Below, piece by piece: positions 56,880 through 59,332 of a stretch of DNA of 59,332 bases (the first letter of the stretch is position 1; the number at the start of each line of letters is the position of its first letter). Under the pieces are notes generated by a model that was not told the DNA's origin, made no database searches, and was given only the letters and a program-made list of their open reading frames with translations. A program made the position numbers and the translations under genes. The DNA comes from Alphaproteobacteria bacterium (GTDB lineage: Bacteria; Pseudomonadota; Alphaproteobacteria; RF32; CAG-239): the NCBI GenBank assembly GCA_016283295.1, contig JAEEMQ010000010.1, forward strand, positions 1 through 59,332. Reading direction: 5' to 3'.

Positions 56880-59332
56880 TTAGCCCATTGAGTTGCCGCC
56901 TTTTTGCATGGCAACCAGATTGTTCAGGCTCAAAGTATTGTCCTGAGTACCTTGTTGCTTGGTGCTTTCCTTGGCATAGGTTTGCGAGCCGCTCATCTCG
57001 TTGATGTTTTTCTGAACCACGGCCAAACCGACTTTTTCTTGGTCCAAATTCGGCGCTTGCTGCAGGTCTTTCATAAACTGATTGGCCTGAGCTTGTGTCA
57101 TCGGTTGGTCATTGACTGTAAAGTGCATGATGCGTCCGCCGTTTTCAAACGTTACGGTGCGTACCTCGTTGCCTTTGGTAATCTTAAAGCCGTTTTGCGT
57201 AGATTCGGCATATTCGGTTTCGGTAACCGGCGTATCCTTCGGCTGTCCGGCGGCGGTTTGACCGTCTTTGCCGGCCTTGGCTTCCTTACCTTCCTTGCCT
57301 TCTTTACCTTCTTTACCGTCCTTAGCCTCTTTACCTTCTTTACCGGCCTTACCGTCCTTGCCTTCGTCTTCTTTCTTTAAGCCTTGTTCTTTCATCAGCT
57401 TATCCAGTTCTCCCTGCAGGGCTTTGGCTTTCTCGTCGTTACCCTTACTCTTGGCCTTTTCAATTTTCTTTTCCAGCTTTTTAATCTGCTTGGCGGCCTT
57501 TTCCTGGTCTTTAAGCATTTGTTCTTTGAGCTTTTCTTCTTTTTCCACGGTGTTGATGACATCGAGGTTATACTTAGCCTGACCGGTCATTTCTCCGTTT
57601 TCTGCGGCCTTTTCGTAGCCTTCTTTGGCTTTTTTGAACTTTTTAGGGTCGTTTTTATACAGCTCATGATAAGCCTTCATATCTTCATCGTGTTTCTGCG
57701 CTTCGGCCGAACCTTTAAGATAGCCGTAACTGTCGAGCTCTATCGGTTTTATCTGCATCGGGTCGGCATTTTCCTTGGTTAAGGCCACACCTTCAACCGT
57801 CGGAATTTCCGGACCGGCTTTGACTCTTTCCAAGTTCTCGGCATGTTCAATTTGCTGGATTGCCGCTTGTGCGTCTTGAGTAAATGCCTGCTGACCTTCC
57901 GGAGTATCGGCATATCCGGCCTGTTTCATCATTTGGAGAGCCAACTGCATGAGGGCATCCTCAAGGTTTCCACCGTTGGCAAGCTGGCTGACCGCCGAGG
58001 TGAGGTCGCCGTATTGTTCCGGATTGTTGGCCTTCATATCCGCCAGACCTTCCTGCAGTTTTTCCTGCGGGCTCTTGTCCGGTCCGAGCTCAGCCGGCGA
58101 TAAAGCCCGATCGGCGTATTCTTTAGCTTGTTCCGGCGACAGGTTGGCCAGATAGTCAACCGCTTCACGCGAATAGGTTTGTGCTCTGCTCGTAATGGCT
58201 CCGTCGGCATGGCCGTTAACATCATTCGGCGCCATTATGGCTTCGTTCAACAGGGTTGAAGCATTTTCGCCGTAAAGGTCGTGCATTTTTTGCGCGGTTT
58301 TTTGCGGGTCGATATATTTCGACGAACCTTCTTCGGCATTGTTAACCGTATTCATATATTGGATTTTTTTAGCCATCTCGGCGATATCCGGACTTACCGC
58401 TTCCGCCTCATGACCTTCAACCGTCGGAGTGGCAGGGGCTGCCGGAGATTCCTGTTCGGCCGTAGGAGCAGCAGGGGCTGCCGGAGCCGCCTGTTCGGCC
58501 GCAGGGGCTTCCCGCGGAGTAAATTTGAATTCACCGTTGCTGATATCAACCGTTCCGCGTTCGAGTTTAACTCCCGGAATTCCGGCGAATGCCTGCGCGG
58601 CATCATCCATTACTTTATCCATTTTGGCTCTGGCGCTTGCGGCGTTTGCCGGCGGATTAAGGGTAATGGTTTGCGGTTGCGGAGCTTCCGGTGCCGGCGC
58701 ATCGTGGCCTTGGATATTATCCATTACACGTTGTCCGGCCTGCTGTAATGCGGAGAAAGTGTTTGGATCGGCTTGTAATCCTTCCGAAGAGGCCAAATCA
58801 ATCGTTTCGCCGGCATTCAAATCAACATTATCCATTACACGTTGCCCGGCCTGCTGTAATGCGGAGAAAGTAGCACCGTCATTTTCCATCGCGGCAACAT
58901 TTTCCGGCGACATGTCAAGTTCGTCGGTCGGCAGAGGTATACCGGCACTCACTTCGGCATCGGTAACATTGGTAACCTGTTCGCCGTCCTGCACTTCGTG
59001 AGATGTCCATTGTTGCTCCATTTGTTGAGCATAAGCTTCATTTTCCATGGCTCTCACGTTTTCTTGCGACATGTCGAGTTCTTGAAAATTCTCCTGTTCT
59101 GCATCGTGTATTTCGTGAGATTCCCACGGCTGTTCCATCTGTTGAGCAAATCTTTCGGCACTCATATCAATTTCGTCGGTCGGCAGAGGAATACCGGCAC
59201 TCACTTCGGCATCGGTAACATTGGTAACTTGTTCGCCTTCATGGATTTCATGAGATACCCACGGCTGTTCCATCTGTTGAGCAAATCTCTCGGCACTCAT
59301 GTCAATCTCGTCGGTTGGCAGAGGTATACCGG
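56880..59332 (-). CDS. Large low-complexity repeat protein; 5' end lies beyond the window
   Basis: Frame stays open to the window edge (GIPLPTDEID precedes the track Met); acidic repeats, PAA and GKE repeats, Lys/Glu-rich coiled-coil-like segment. Confidence 0.85.
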   Translation of the reverse strand, partial: GIPLPTDEIDMSAERFAQQMEQPWVSHEIHEGEQVTNVTDAEVSAGIPLPTDEIDMSAERFAQQMEQPWESHEIHDAEQENFQELDMSQENVRAMENEAYAQQMEQQWTSHEVQDGEQVTNVTDAEVSAGIPLPTDELDMSPENVAAMENDGATFSALQQAGQRVMDNVDLNAGETIDLASSEGLQADPNTFSALQQAGQRVMDNIQGHDAPAPEAPQPQTITLNPPANAASARAKMDKVMDDAAQAFAGIPGVKLERGTVDISNGEFKFTPREAPAAEQAAPAAPAAPTAEQESPAAPATPTVEGHEAEAVSPDIAEMAKKIQYMNTVNNAEEGSSKYIDPQKTAQKMHDLYGENASTLLNEAIMAPNDVNGHADGAITSRAQTYSREAVDYLANLSPEQAKEYADRALSPAELGPDKSPQEKLQEGLADMKANNPEQYGDLTSAVSQLANGGNLEDALMQLALQMMKQAGYADTPEGQQAFTQDAQAAIQQIEHAENLERVKAGPEIPTVEGVALTKENADPMQIKPIELDSYGYLKGSAEAQKHDEDMKAYHELYKNDPKKFKKAKEGYEKAAENGEMTGQAKYNLDVINTVEKEEKLKEQMLKDQEKAAKQIKKLEKKIEKAKSKGNDEKAKALQGELDKLMKEQGLKKEDEGKDGKAGKEGKEAKDGKEGKEGKEGKEAKAGKDGQTAAGQPKDTPVTETEYAESTQNGFKITKGNEVRTVTFENGGRIMHFTVNDQPMTQAQANQFMKDLQQAPNLDQEKVGLAVVQKNINEMSGSQTYAKESTKQQGTQDNTLSLNNLVAMQKGGNSMG
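58910..59332 (-). repeat. Intragenic 135-bp (45-aa) tandem repeat with partial and mosaic copies
   Basis: MSAERFAQQMEQPWxSHEIH and EQVTNVTDAEVSAGIPLPTDE(I/L)DM each recur with near-identical DNA. Confidence 0.9.

Overview
Chromosomal segment of an alphaproteobacterium, judged from the gene pairs ihfA-merR, hfq-hflX, recO-parC and leuS-lptE-holA. A host/gut-associated uncultured lineage is plausible but is inference only. Housekeeping genes (Lon-like protease, ihfA, hflX, hfq, murG, cobB, sua5, pepA, recJ, pagP, kdsA, recO, parC, holA, lptE, leuS) alternate with lineage-specific material. That material includes a 15.6-kb co-oriented block (MoxR/CobS-type AAA+ ATPase, HExxH+vWA protein, His-phosphatase-like protein, two ~1110-aa paralogs, a degenerate HipA), a complete nicotinamide salvage operon, an HNH nuclease/SUKH immunity pair and several self-contained small genes. 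The strongest unexplained signals are non-coding. (1) Two copies of a covarying hairpin with an identical CAGGGCUUA loop and a downstream pseudoknot partner sit in front of the first two NAD salvage genes (riboswitch-like). (2) A ~345-nt, heavily base-paired RNA with its own promoter and terminator lies at ~29978-30323. (3) Two tandem cassettes share a REP-dimer+promoter+leader module and a terminator but carry unrelated ORFs. No tRNA, rRNA, CRISPR array, integrase or transposase was recognised. All assignments are by eye from motifs; no searches or folding programs were run.
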